Source: Longimicrobiales bacterium (GTDB lineage: Bacteria; Gemmatimonadota; Gemmatimonadetes; Longimicrobiales; Gaopeijiaceae). Taken from it: a DNA stretch of 64,000 nucleotides. Below, piece after piece: positions 28,824 to 38,073 of this stretch; position 1 is the stretch's first letter; the number at the start of each line of letters is the position of its first letter. The DNA lies in assembly GCA_965198065.1 (NCBI GenBank), contig CBDAON010000004.1, forward strand, positions 928,001 through 992,000. Reading direction: 5' to 3'. A model generated the notes under the pieces. It had not been told where the DNA came from. It searched no databases and was given only the letters and a program-made list of their open reading frames with translations. Made by a program: the position numbers and the translations under genes.

Positions 28824-29981
28824 ATGAAGAAGCTTCCCGCCCAGGGATTCGGGACCCGGGCCGTCCACGCGGGGCAGTCGCCCGATCCCACGACGGGCGC
28901 GATCATGCCGCCCATCTATCAGACCTCCACGTACGTGCAGCCCGAGCTGGGCCGGCACCTCGGATACGAGTACGCCCGGGTCCAGCACCCCACCCGGGAG
29001 GCCCTCGAGGCGAACCTCGAGGGGCTCGAGGGCGGAGCCCACGGGATCGCCTTCGCGAGCGGCCTCTCGGCTATCGAGGCTGTGATCAAGACGCTCTCCG
29101 CCGGTGACCACGTGGTGAGCGAGGAGAATACCTACGGGGGGACTGCGCGCATGTTCACACACGTGCTCTCCCGCCTCGGGATCGAGTTCTCGTACGTGGA
29201 CACCCGGGACGAGGACCAGGTGCGAGACGCGTTCCGCCCAGAGACGAAGCTCCTTCTCGTCGAGACCCCGACGAACCCCATGATGCGCCTCGCCGACCTG
29301 CCGCGGATGGTGGAGATCGCGCACTCAGCAGGAGCCTGGCTCCTCGTGGACAACACGTTCGCGACGCCGTTCAACCAGAGGCCTCTCGAGCTGGGAGCCG
29401 ACATCGTCGCGCACTCGACCACGAAGTACCTGAACGGCCACTCCGACATCATCGGCGGCGCCCTGGTGGTGCGGGATGACGACATCGCAGAGCGGATCCG
29501 GTTCGTGAGGAAGTCCACGGGCGCGGTCCCCGGGCCCATGGACGCGTGGCTCGTGCTCCGCGGCACCAAGACGCTCCATCTCAGGATGCGGGCCCACAAC
29601 GAGAACGGCATGGCCGTGGCCCGCTTCCTGGAGGGGCATCCCGCGCTGGAGGCGACGTATTACCCAGGCCTTCCCTCGCACCCGCAGCACAAGTTGGCCC
29701 AGCGTCAGATGCGCGGGTTCACCGGAATGGTGTCGGTGGAAACCGGGAGCGCCGAGCGGGCGAAGCGTCTGGTCGAACGGACGGAGCTCTTCGTCCTCGC
29801 GGAGTCCCTGGGCGGCGTCGAGTCGATCATCGGCGTGCCGGCCATCATGACACACGCCTCGGTGCCGAAGGAGCGGCGGGACGCGATGGGGGTCACGGAC
29901 GGGCTCGTCCGGCTGTCCGTCGGGATAGAGGACGTGGACGACCTGCTCACGGACCTGGATCAGGCGCTGAAAGCTCTCTGA
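28824..29981 (+). CDS. Cystathionine gamma-synthase/gamma-lyase (Cys/Met metabolism PLP enzyme)
   Basis: PPIYQTSTY, YEYAR, ETPTNP, VDNTFATP, HSTTKYLNGHSD, AESLGGVES, RLSVGIED. Confidence 0.93.
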   Translation: MKKLPAQGFGTRAVHAGQSPDPTTGAIMPPIYQTSTYVQPELGRHLGYEYARVQHPTREALEANLEGLEGGAHGIAFASGLSAIEAVIKTLSAGDHVVSEENTYGGTARMFTHVLSRLGIEFSYVDTRDEDQVRDAFRPETKLLLVETPTNPMMRLADLPRMVEIAHSAGAWLLVDNTFATPFNQRPLELGADIVAHSTTKYLNGHSDIIGGALVVRDDDIAERIRFVRKSTGAVPGPMDAWLVLRGTKTLHLRMRAHNENGMAVARFLEGHPALEATYYPGLPSHPQHKLAQRQMRGFTGMVSVETGSAERAKRLVERTELFVLAESLGGVESIIGVPAIMTHASVPKERRDAMGVTDGLVRLSVGIEDVDDLLTDLDQALKAL

Positions 29982-30042
29982 CGCGTGAGCGGGATCCCGT
30001 CCGATGGCCGCGCGCGGGCCCTCGGGGGGGGAGGTCCGATCC

Positions 30043-30067
30043 GAAACTTCCCGAGCGGCCGACCGTA
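30043..30067 (+). promoter_or_regulatory. ECF-type promoter upstream of the M48 protease
   Basis: GAAAC-N16-CGTA, matching three similar motifs in the ECF operon. Confidence 0.6.
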
Positions 30068-30188
30068 CTGTGTACGAGCGGACCACACGGATTGCGATCG
30101 GTTGCGAGCTGACGCGATTCGAGCCGAAGCGAGCGGTCGCGGACCATCGCCGACGACCCCGTCTCCAAGAACCCGGATACCCCTCCCG

Positions 30189-31184
30189 ATGACGCCCGAC
30201 GACCCTCGATCGAACGACCCCGGTCCCTCCGACCCGGCCCGAGCCACCCGAATCCTCAAGGACATCTCCCAGCGCGCCTGGGAGCACCCGGCGGACCGTG
30301 CGGCGCTCACCACGCTTCGGGCGATCCCCGTCTTCGACCAGGTCCTCAAGGCGCTCTTCGGGGTCCTCGGGGAAAAGCCGATCCGACTCGCCTTCCAGGC
30401 CAACTCGGTGCGGGTGACCCCCACGCAGTTCCCCCGGGTCCACGGGCTCTACCAGGAAGTGCTCCGCACGCTCGACGCTCCGGAAGAGTACCCTCTCTTC
30501 GTCACCCAGACCCCGTTCGTGAACGCGGGAGCATACGGGATGAACCGGCCGTTCATCATCCTGAACTCCGCGACGATCATCCTCCTGGACGACGACGAGC
30601 TCCGCTACATCCTCGCCCACGAGGTCGGCCACGTGCTGAGCGGGCACGTGCTCTACCACACGATGACGGTCATCCTCATCCGGCTGGCCCAGATGGGGTT
30701 CCCGATCGTGGGGCTCACGGCCCGGGCGGTCCTGCTCGCACTCCTCGAGTGGCACCGGAAGAGCGAACTGTCGTCGGACCGGGCCGCGCTCCTCGGGGTG
30801 CAGGACCCCGAGGTCGTGTTCCGCGCCATGCTCACGATGGCCGGGGGGGTCGATCGCTCGGAGACGAACGTGACCGCCTTCCTTGAGCAGGCGGAGGCCT
30901 ACCGGGAAAGCGAGGACGTGGCGGACTCGGCCTTCAAGGTCCTGAACCTCCTCGCCGTGACCCACCCGTTCTACGTGCTCCGAGTCTCCGATCTGAGACG
31001 CTGGATCGAAGGCGGCGGCTACGACCGGATCCTCCGCGACGAGTATCCGCGGCGTGGAGAGCCCGAGCCCGGCTACGTGGAAGACCTGCGCGCCGCCGCA
31101 GCCGCGTACGGGGAGGAGGCGAAGGACTTTCTGGGCGATCTCACCGCAGCCGCCAGGAAGATGCGGGAGACCCTTAGGATCTGA
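30189..31184 (+). CDS. M48-family Zn-dependent protease
   Basis: WEHPADRAAL, VNAGAYG, HEVGH, ELSSDRA, THPF. Confidence 0.9.
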   Translation: MTPDDPRSNDPGPSDPARATRILKDISQRAWEHPADRAALTTLRAIPVFDQVLKALFGVLGEKPIRLAFQANSVRVTPTQFPRVHGLYQEVLRTLDAPEEYPLFVTQTPFVNAGAYGMNRPFIILNSATIILLDDDELRYILAHEVGHVLSGHVLYHTMTVILIRLAQMGFPIVGLTARAVLLALLEWHRKSELSSDRAALLGVQDPEVVFRAMLTMAGGVDRSETNVTAFLEQAEAYRESEDVADSAFKVLNLLAVTHPFYVLRVSDLRRWIEGGGYDRILRDEYPRRGEPEPGYVEDLRAAAAAYGEEAKDFLGDLTAAARKMRETLRI

Positions 31185-31207
31185 GCGTCTCCGGCCGCGC
31201 GCCGTCT

Positions 31208-31237
31208 TTGACGGAGCCGGTCTCTCCCGGGTACGAT
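31208..31237 (+). promoter_or_regulatory. Sigma70-like promoter, likely leaderless purD transcript
   Basis: TTGACG-N18-TACGAT, 6 nt before the ATG, no Shine-Dalgarno. Confidence 0.6.
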
Positions 31238-31243
31238 TGGCCC

Positions 31244-32539
31244 ATGAAGATCTTCCTCGTGGGCAACGGGGGACGCGAGCACGCGCTCCTCTGGAAGCTC
31301 AGGCAGGACGCCCCCGCCTCGGCGGAGTTCTACGCCACCGAGCCGAATCCGGGAATGGCCGAGCTGGCCCATCCGGTCGAGATCCCCCCGACGGACGTGG
31401 ACGGTCTCTCGTCCTGGGCCGAGGGGCAGGGCGTCACGCTCACCGTCGTGGGCCCCGAGATCCCGCTGTCCCTGGGAATCGTCGAAGCGTTCCGCCGGCG
31501 TACCCTTCCGATCTTCGGCCCCACGTCCACCGCGGCCCGCATCGAGACCTCGAAGGCCTATGCGAAGGACCTGATGGCCCGGGCTGGAGTTCCCACGGCC
31601 GCGCATCGCACGTTCACGAGGTGGTCCGAGGCGTCCGCCCATCTCCGCGAGAGGGGAGCGCCGGTGGTGGTCAAGGCGTCCGGCCTGGCCGCGGGTAAGG
31701 GCGCCATCCCGTGCGCCACCGTCGAGGAGTCGCTGACCTCTGCACGCGACATGCTCGAGGAACGCGTATTCGGAGACGCCGGCTCGGAGGTCGTGATCGA
31801 GGAGCTCCTGGAGGGCGAGGAACTGTCCGTCTTCGGGATCACAGACGGCCGGGACATCGTGCTCCTCCTCCCGTCCCAGGATCACAAGCGGGTCGGCGAG
31901 GGGGACACGGGCCCGAACACGGGGGGCATGGGCGCGTACGCCCCGGTTCCCTGGGTTGAGGACGATCTGCTCCAGGAAGTGAAGGAGCGGATCTTCCTTC
32001 CGGTGCTGGACCGCCTCGAGGGGACGGCCGCGCCGTTCCGCGGTCTCCTCTACGCGGGACTCATGATCACCGAGGACGGCCCGAAGGTGATCGAGTTCAA
32101 CTGTCGCTTCGGCGACCCCGAGACGCAGGCGATCCTGCCCCTCATGGAGAGCTCTCTCCTAGACCTCATGCTTCCGGTCGCGCGCGGCGGGAGCGTGGGC
32201 TCCCCGGACGTCCGATGGCGTGCGGGCGCCGCCTTGAACACCGTGCTTGCGTCCGGCGGGTATCCGGAAGCGCACGAGAAGGGGAAGGAAATCGACATTC
32301 CCTCCGAGCTCCAGTCGAGCGAAGGCATCCTCCTGTTCCACGCCGGGACCCGGAGCGACGGGGGGAAGCTCGTCACCGCCGGCGGGAGGGTTCTTTCCGT
32401 CGTCGGAATCGGCGACGATCTCGAGGGGGCCCGCGAGCGGAGCCTCCTCGGCGCGGATCGAATCCAGTTCGAGGGGAAGACGTTGCGGCGGGACATCGGG
32501 GGACGGGCGTTCGAGTCCCGCGCCGCCCCGCAAAGCTGA
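31244..32539 (+). CDS. purD: Phosphoribosylamine--glycine ligase
   Basis: GNGGREHAL, VVGPE, KASGLAAGKG, QDHKR..GDTGPNTGGMGAY, EFNCRFGDPETQ. Confidence 0.98.
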   Translation: MKIFLVGNGGREHALLWKLRQDAPASAEFYATEPNPGMAELAHPVEIPPTDVDGLSSWAEGQGVTLTVVGPEIPLSLGIVEAFRRRTLPIFGPTSTAARIETSKAYAKDLMARAGVPTAAHRTFTRWSEASAHLRERGAPVVVKASGLAAGKGAIPCATVEESLTSARDMLEERVFGDAGSEVVIEELLEGEELSVFGITDGRDIVLLLPSQDHKRVGEGDTGPNTGGMGAYAPVPWVEDDLLQEVKERIFLPVLDRLEGTAAPFRGLLYAGLMITEDGPKVIEFNCRFGDPETQAILPLMESSLLDLMLPVARGGSVGSPDVRWRAGAALNTVLASGGYPEAHEKGKEIDIPSELQSSEGILLFHAGTRSDGGKLVTAGGRVLSVVGIGDDLEGARERSLLGADRIQFEGKTLRRDIGGRAFESRAAPQS

Positions 32540-32565
32540 CCGCGACCTGCGAGGACCCACGACGG

Positions 32566-33453
32566 ATGCCCGAGCTTCCCGAGGTCGAGACGATCGTCCG
32601 GGGCCTCCGTCGGCCTCTCCGCGGGCGGCGCGTCCGCGCGATCGAGGTCCTCCGCCCGGATCTGCTGGACACGACGGCTACCCGCTTCAGTAGCGCGATC
32701 GTGGGCGCGAGCTTCAGCAGGGTGGCCCGCCGAGGGAAGAACCTCCTCCTCCACCTGGAGGCGGGCCCGAACGGCGGACGCCCCACTCGCCGGCAGCCTG
32801 ACGGGGCAGCCGGGCCCGGGACGCTGGTCGTCAACCTGGGGATGTCCGGGCGCCTCCTCGTCCGGGCTCCGGCCGATTCTGCTCCCGAGCCGACCCATCC
32901 GGGCGTCCGCTTTCGACTGGACGACGGGAGCGTGCTCGTGTACCACGACGTCCGCCGTTTCGGCAGGCTCCGCGTGATGGACCCCGGCGCCCTCGCCGCC
33001 TGGTCGGACTGCCTCGGTCCGGAGCCGCTCTCGCGCGGCTTCACGGCCCGAGCGCTCGAGGAGGCGCTTCGCCGCTCGGCGGCCCCCATCCGTTCGTGGC
33101 TCCTGGACCAGCGGCGGATCGCGGGCGTGGGAAACATCTACGCCAACGAAGCCCTGTTCCGGGCTCGCGTCCATCCCGGAGCACCCGCGAGAGGCGTCGT
33201 CGGAGGGGCAACGAAGCGCCTCCATCGAGCGCTCCGCGCCGTGCTCCGCGAGGCTATCGACTCGAACGGGACGACTCTCCGAGACTATCGGACGGCTCGG
33301 GGACGGGAGGGGGGCTACGGGGCGCGCCTTCGGGTGTATGGGAGAGAGGGCCGCCCGTGTCCCAGCTGCCGCCGGCCGATCGCCCGGGTCACCTTCGGTG
33401 GGCGCTCCGCGTACTTTTGCCGCTCGTGCCAACCCCGGAGGATCGTCCGTTGA
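32566..33453 (+). CDS. mutM: Formamidopyrimidine-DNA glycosylase (Fpg)
   Basis: MPELPEVET, RRGK, DVRRFG, LLDQRRIAGVGNIYANEALF, C-terminal CPSC..FCRSCQ zinc finger. Confidence 0.97.
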   Translation: MPELPEVETIVRGLRRPLRGRRVRAIEVLRPDLLDTTATRFSSAIVGASFSRVARRGKNLLLHLEAGPNGGRPTRRQPDGAAGPGTLVVNLGMSGRLLVRAPADSAPEPTHPGVRFRLDDGSVLVYHDVRRFGRLRVMDPGALAAWSDCLGPEPLSRGFTARALEEALRRSAAPIRSWLLDQRRIAGVGNIYANEALFRARVHPGAPARGVVGGATKRLHRALRAVLREAIDSNGTTLRDYRTARGREGGYGARLRVYGREGRPCPSCRRPIARVTFGGRSAYFCRSCQPRRIVR

Positions 33454-35066
33454 GGCCGTCGACACCATCCGCGTTCGTTCCCGCTCGGCCGTCCTCGGCG
33501 CCCCCGGGGGGCTGGCGCCGCGCGTCCCGTGTCGGCTTCGTTCTCGTCCTCGGCTGGATCGGCGTCGCCCCGGCCCGACCCGCCCTCCAGGCGCAGGACG
33601 TGCCCGTCCCGATCGGGACCACGAACGGCGGGACCCCGACCCCAGACGGACGGGACCTTCCGGTCATCGAGCACGTGCTGTCGAACGGGATGCGCTTCCT
33701 CCTTCTTCGGCGGGAGGGGGCGCCCATCGTCTCCTTCGTGGCGCACGTGCCCGTGGGAAGCGTGAGCGAGTCCCTGGGCTCGACCGGGACCTCTCATTTC
33801 GTGGAGCACCTCCTCTTCAAGGGCACGACCACGATCGGAACGCGGGACCTCGTGGCGGAGCGGGCGCTCTTCGCCCGTATGGACGCAGCCCACGACACCC
33901 TCGTTCGAGCGAGGGGGCGCCTCCCGGTGCCGGCCCGGGAGGAGATCGAGAGGCTCGAGGCCAGGATCGCCTCGCTGGAGGACTCCGCCCGGGCATTCGT
34001 CGTCCCGAACGAGTACAACGAGATCCTGGAGCGGAGCGGGGCCCGGGGGCTCAACGCCACGACGAGCCTCGAGGCCACGCAGTACTTCGTCGAGCTCCCG
34101 GCGAACCGCGCGAAGCTCTGGTTCGTGCTGGAGGCCGACCGCATCCGAAGTCCCGTGTTCCGAGAGTTCTTCACCGAGAGAGACGTGATCGCTGAAGAGC
34201 GGCGTGCGCGGGTGGACGCGTCTCCCGGAGGCGCCCTACTGGAGGCGCATCTCGCCGCGGCGTTCCTCGTTCATCCCTACGGGGTGCCTCCGACCGGATA
34301 CGAGGACGACATCCAGGCCCTCTACCGCCCGGACGTCGAGGCTCACTACCGCCGCTACTACGGTCCGAACAACACGACGGTCGCCGTGGTGGGCGACTTC
34401 GACCCGGACTCGGCGCGCGTCTGGGCCGATCGATACTTCGGATCGATCCCGCCCGGAGACCCCGTCCCGCTCGTACTAGTGCGGGAGCCCGAGCAGCGGG
34501 GCGAGCGGCGGATCGAGGTCCTCTTCGACGCCGAGCCTCAACTGAGGATCGGCTGGAAGGTGCCCGCGGAGATCGACGCGGAGGGCCCGGCCCTGAGCGT
34601 GCTGGCCAACCTACTCGTGGCCGGACGTGACTCGCGCCTCTACCGGAGGCTCGTTCGGGAGGACCGGCTCGCCTCCTCGGTGACCGCCGGGGCCGGTCCC
34701 GGCTCCCTCTATCCGGGCCTCTTCACGATTCAGGCGGCCCCGCTGGCCCCACATACGGCCGAGGAAGTCGAAGCCGCGATCTACGAGGAGCTGGAACGCC
34801 TCGCCGCCGAACCGCCGACCGAGGGTGAGCTCGACCGCGTGCGCACCCGCCTGCAGGCCGCGGGCGTACGGCGCCTCACCTCGAACCAGGGGCTCGCCTT
34901 CCAGCTCGTGAGCTCCCAGGCCCTATGGGGAGGCTGGCGTGAGACGTTCCTCTTCCAGGACCGGATGGGGGCCGTGGGGCCGGACGACATCGTGGACCTG
35001 GTCCGACGCTACTTCCGGGACGAGCGACGGACGGTCGCGATCCTGAGACGCGAGGACGGCCCGTGA
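33450..35066 (+). CDS. M16 (pitrilysin-like) peptidase, catalytic subunit, probably exported
   Basis: LSNGM, GTSHFVEHLLFKGT (HxxEH), NATTS, ERDVIAEERR, YYGPNN. Start uncertain (TTG overlapping the mutM stop). Confidence 0.88.
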   Translation: MRPSTPSAFVPARPSSAPPGGWRRASRVGFVLVLGWIGVAPARPALQAQDVPVPIGTTNGGTPTPDGRDLPVIEHVLSNGMRFLLLRREGAPIVSFVAHVPVGSVSESLGSTGTSHFVEHLLFKGTTTIGTRDLVAERALFARMDAAHDTLVRARGRLPVPAREEIERLEARIASLEDSARAFVVPNEYNEILERSGARGLNATTSLEATQYFVELPANRAKLWFVLEADRIRSPVFREFFTERDVIAEERRARVDASPGGALLEAHLAAAFLVHPYGVPPTGYEDDIQALYRPDVEAHYRRYYGPNNTTVAVVGDFDPDSARVWADRYFGSIPPGDPVPLVLVREPEQRGERRIEVLFDAEPQLRIGWKVPAEIDAEGPALSVLANLLVAGRDSRLYRRLVREDRLASSVTAGAGPGSLYPGLFTIQAAPLAPHTAEEVEAAIYEELERLAAEPPTEGELDRVRTRLQAAGVRRLTSNQGLAFQLVSSQALWGGWRETFLFQDRMGAVGPDDIVDLVRRYFRDERRTVAILRREDGP

Positions 35067-36577
35067 CGATTCTCACGGCGCTCGCCCTCGCCTCCGTCGT
35101 CGCGGTCCAGGTCCCGGTGGGCGCTGCCCCCGCCGGGGAGCCAGAGACCACGCCGCCCGTCGGCCGGGCCGCTGTCGAGGCTCTCACGTTCCCCCCACTC
35201 GTGCTCGATCCGCCGGAAGCGGACGAGCACGACGTCCTCGGAGTGCCCGTCTTCCACCTCCACGACCCGACGCTTCCCCTCGTGGACCTGAACGTCCAGC
35301 TACGCGGAGGGCCGGGGCACTTTCCGCGCGAGGACCTGGCCGTGACGACCGCCTTGCCGACGCTCTTCCGCGCCGGAGGGACCGCCGAGCTTTCCCCCAA
35401 CTCGGTGGACGCGCGTCTGGACGCGCTAGCGCTCGATCTTGCCGTCACGGCCGGAGCCGGCGGCATGGCGATCGGCCTGAATGGGCTCACGCCGACCTTC
35501 GCCCGAGGGCTCGATCTCCTTGGCGAGATGCTCCTCCGTCCGGCCTTCGATCGGGAGGCGATCGAGGTCTGGAGAGGGCAGGAGCTCTCCCGTGTGCAGA
35601 GGCGCGAGGACAATCCGGGCTCGCTCGCGATCTCCGAGTTCAATCGCCTCATGTTCGGCGATCACCCGGTCGGTTGGGTGATGACCGCCGACGATCTCAG
35701 TCCCGATCGTGTCTCCGAGGCCGAGCTGCGCCGCGCGCACGCCACCATCATGTGCCGGGATCGGCTCATCCTCGGGGTCTCGGGTGACCTAACATGGGAG
35801 GAGGCGGAGCCCCTGATCCGCGGCTTCCTGGACCCCTGGCCCGCGTGCGAGCGCCCTCTCGTCCCATCGCCAGCGCCGGAGCTCCGCGAGGAAGGGGGCG
35901 TCTTCGTCCTCCCCCGGAGCACGGATCAGAGCACGGTGATCGTCGCCGGACCCGGGGGAGTTCGGCTAGAGGACTCCCCCGAGTTCTTCGCTTCGCGGAT
36001 CGCGGACCACCTTCTCGGCGCGGGCGGCTTCGGCTCCCGTCTCCTATCGACCCTCCGAACGAACGAGGGCCTCGCCTACGGGGCCTACTCGGTCTGGACG
36101 GCATCGCCCCGGCACGAGGGGATCGCCGGCGCGGCGACGGCCACGCGCCCCGAGCGAACCATCCAGGCCACTCGGCTCCTCCTCGAGACGATCGATCGGA
36201 TGCGAGCCGACCCTCCGGGAGCCGAGGAGGTCGCCCGCGCCCAGGAGGAGATCTCCAACAGGTACGTGTTCGCGTTCGGATCCGCGGCGCAAATCGTCGC
36301 GCGGCGCATGGCGTACCGTGCCCAGGACCTTCCCCCGACGTGGCTCGAGCGATACTTCGAGGGCCTCGGTGAGGTCACGCCTGGCGCCGTGGACCGGGTG
36401 GCCGACGAGCACCTCGATCCGGCGGGCATGACGATCCTGATCGTCGGGGACCCGGCCCGGTTCGACCCGGGCCTCGACACCCTCGGCCCCGTGTACCGGC
36501 TCCTTCCCGACGGGCGCTACGAACCCTGGGTCAGCCCGGCTTCCGCCCCCGGTGGAGGGCCGCAATCCCTCCCGTGA
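35063..36577 (+). CDS. M16 peptidase, non-catalytic partner subunit
   Basis: Signal peptide, no HxxEH, LGAGGFGSRL..LRTNEGLAY (R/Y pair), translationally coupled to the upstream gene. Confidence 0.85.
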   Translation: MTILTALALASVVAVQVPVGAAPAGEPETTPPVGRAAVEALTFPPLVLDPPEADEHDVLGVPVFHLHDPTLPLVDLNVQLRGGPGHFPREDLAVTTALPTLFRAGGTAELSPNSVDARLDALALDLAVTAGAGGMAIGLNGLTPTFARGLDLLGEMLLRPAFDREAIEVWRGQELSRVQRREDNPGSLAISEFNRLMFGDHPVGWVMTADDLSPDRVSEAELRRAHATIMCRDRLILGVSGDLTWEEAEPLIRGFLDPWPACERPLVPSPAPELREEGGVFVLPRSTDQSTVIVAGPGGVRLEDSPEFFASRIADHLLGAGGFGSRLLSTLRTNEGLAYGAYSVWTASPRHEGIAGAATATRPERTIQATRLLLETIDRMRADPPGAEEVARAQEEISNRYVFAFGSAAQIVARRMAYRAQDLPPTWLERYFEGLGEVTPGAVDRVADEHLDPAGMTILIVGDPARFDPGLDTLGPVYRLLPDGRYEPWVSPASAPGGGPQSLP

Positions 36578-37268
36578 GATAGGCCCAATCGACGTCCCGT
36601 AGGCCGGCCGCGCCGAGCCGGCGCGCGAGATCCTCCGGGCCCGGAAACTCCCGCACGCTCTCCGGCAGGTAGGCGTACGCCCAGCGGTGACCCGAGACGA
36701 TTCTTCCCACGACGGGAAGGACGTGCCGGAAGTAGAGGAGGTAGAACGCCTGGATCAGCCTACCCGGGGGCGTCGCGAACTCGAGGACCACGAGCCTCCC
36801 ACCCGGTCGAAGCACCCGGGCGAGCTCCCTCAGCCCGGCGTCAGGGTCCGAGAGATTACGAACCCCGAAGGCGACCATCGCCCCGTCGAAGGTCCCGCTC
36901 GGAAACGGGAGCGCGAGCCCGTCCCCACAGACGAGGCGAACGCCCCGTCCGTCGAGCTTCCTCGCCCCCTCGACCAGCATCGGGCGGGCAAAGTCCAGGG
37001 CGACGATCCGGCCCTCGAAGCCGGCACGGCCGGCCAGCTCGAGGCTCAAGTCGAGCGTCCCGGCGCACGCGTCCAGGACCCGGGCCGAGGGATCCCCGCC
37101 GAGAGTCCCTAGGCCATCCACGGCCACCCTCCGCCACCATCGGTCGCGGTTCAGGCTCAGGACGTGATTCAGGAGGTCGTACGTGGGAGCGATCGCCGAG
37201 AACAGAGCTCGCACCTGCCGCTCGCGTTCCCTCCCGCGGTGCGGCCGGGCTTCCGGTACGGTCGCCAT
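36531..37268 (-). CDS. ubiE: UbiE/MenG demethylmenaquinone methyltransferase
   Basis: LFSAIAPTYDLLNHVLS, LDACAGTLD, FGVRN, RVLRPGG, YAYLPESV. Confidence 0.92.
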   Translation of the reverse strand: MATVPEARPHRGRERERQVRALFSAIAPTYDLLNHVLSLNRDRWWRRVAVDGLGTLGGDPSARVLDACAGTLDLSLELAGRAGFEGRIVALDFARPMLVEGARKLDGRGVRLVCGDGLALPFPSGTFDGAMVAFGVRNLSDPDAGLRELARVLRPGGRLVVLEFATPPGRLIQAFYLLYFRHVLPVVGRIVSGHRWAYAYLPESVREFPGPEDLARRLGAAGLRDVDWAYLTGGIAALHRGRKPG

Positions 37269-37312
37269 CGGGTTCCGAGTCGAGTACGTTGGAGATCGTT
37301 GTGGAGGTCCTC

Positions 37313-37338
37313 GAAACCTCATGGCTCCACCCACCGTA
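37313..37338 (+). promoter_or_regulatory. ECF promoter (autoregulatory) upstream of the ECF sigma gene
   Basis: GAAAC-N17-CGTA. Confidence 0.7.
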
Positions 37339-37418
37339 GGGAAGGCCAGCGGGGTTTAGCGACTCGAGTTCCCTGCAGGTGCCGCGCGCCTGCAACTACG
37401 TCGGAGAGCCGCCCAGCG

Positions 37419-38009
37419 GTGGACCTGAGCCACCTTGGAGATCCGGAACTCGTCGCCGAGGCCTGCCGCGGAACGGAGGAGGCCTTCCGGGAGCTCCTCT
37501 CGCGATACGAGGGGCCGGTGTTCTCGCTCGTGCTCCGAATGGTCCGCGACCGGGCCCTGGCCGAGGACCTGGCCCAGGAAGCGTTCATCAAGGCGTTTCA
37601 GGCAATCCACACCTACGACTCCTCGTACAAGCTTTCCAGTTGGCTCTTCAAGATCGCGAACAACCTGACCATCGATCACCTGAGGCGGCGCCGGTTGGAC
37701 ACGATCTCCATAGACGGGTCCGCGAACGCGGCGTCAGCGGCCGAGGCCGAGCGCACCAGCATCACGCTCGAGTCCGGGGATGAAACGCCCGAGGAGTTCA
37801 CGGAAAACCGGGAGCTCGGGACCCAGATCGAGAGGGCGATTGGCGAGCTCCGTCCCCAGTACCGCACGGCGGTCCTGCTGCGGCACGTCGAAGGACTCAG
37901 CTACGAGGAGATTGCGGGGATCATGGAGCTCCCCCTCGGCACTGTGAAAACCTACATCCACCGTGGGCGTACGGAGCTTAAGGAAGCTCTCACGGGAGTC
38001 GCGGGATGA
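37419..38009 (+). CDS. ECF RNA polymerase sigma factor (SigW/RpoE-like)
   Basis: AFRELLSRY, AEDLAQEAFIKAF, SSWLFKIANNLTIDHLRRR, region 4 LSYEEIA..LPLGTVKTYIHRGR. Start approximate (GTG). Confidence 0.93.
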   Translation: MDLSHLGDPELVAEACRGTEEAFRELLSRYEGPVFSLVLRMVRDRALAEDLAQEAFIKAFQAIHTYDSSYKLSSWLFKIANNLTIDHLRRRRLDTISIDGSANAASAAEAERTSITLESGDETPEEFTENRELGTQIERAIGELRPQYRTAVLLRHVEGLSYEEIAGIMELPLGTVKTYIHRGRTELKEALTGVAG

Positions 38010-38016
38010 GCCGGCC

Positions 38017-38042
38017 GAAACCTGCACTCTCCGGGTCCCGTA
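38017..38042 (+). promoter_or_regulatory. Internal ECF promoter upstream of the anti-sigma gene
   Basis: GAAAC-N17-CGTA, followed by AGGAGG RBS and GTG 38074. Confidence 0.7.
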
Positions 38043-38073
38043 CGTATGGGTGTTTCGAATCTAGGAGGTTGGC

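Noticed and set aside
36531..36577. 47-nt convergent overlap of the M16 subunit and ubiE 3' ends
   Set aside because: Short tail overlaps are common in GC-rich genomes, with no sign of a dedicated antisense function.
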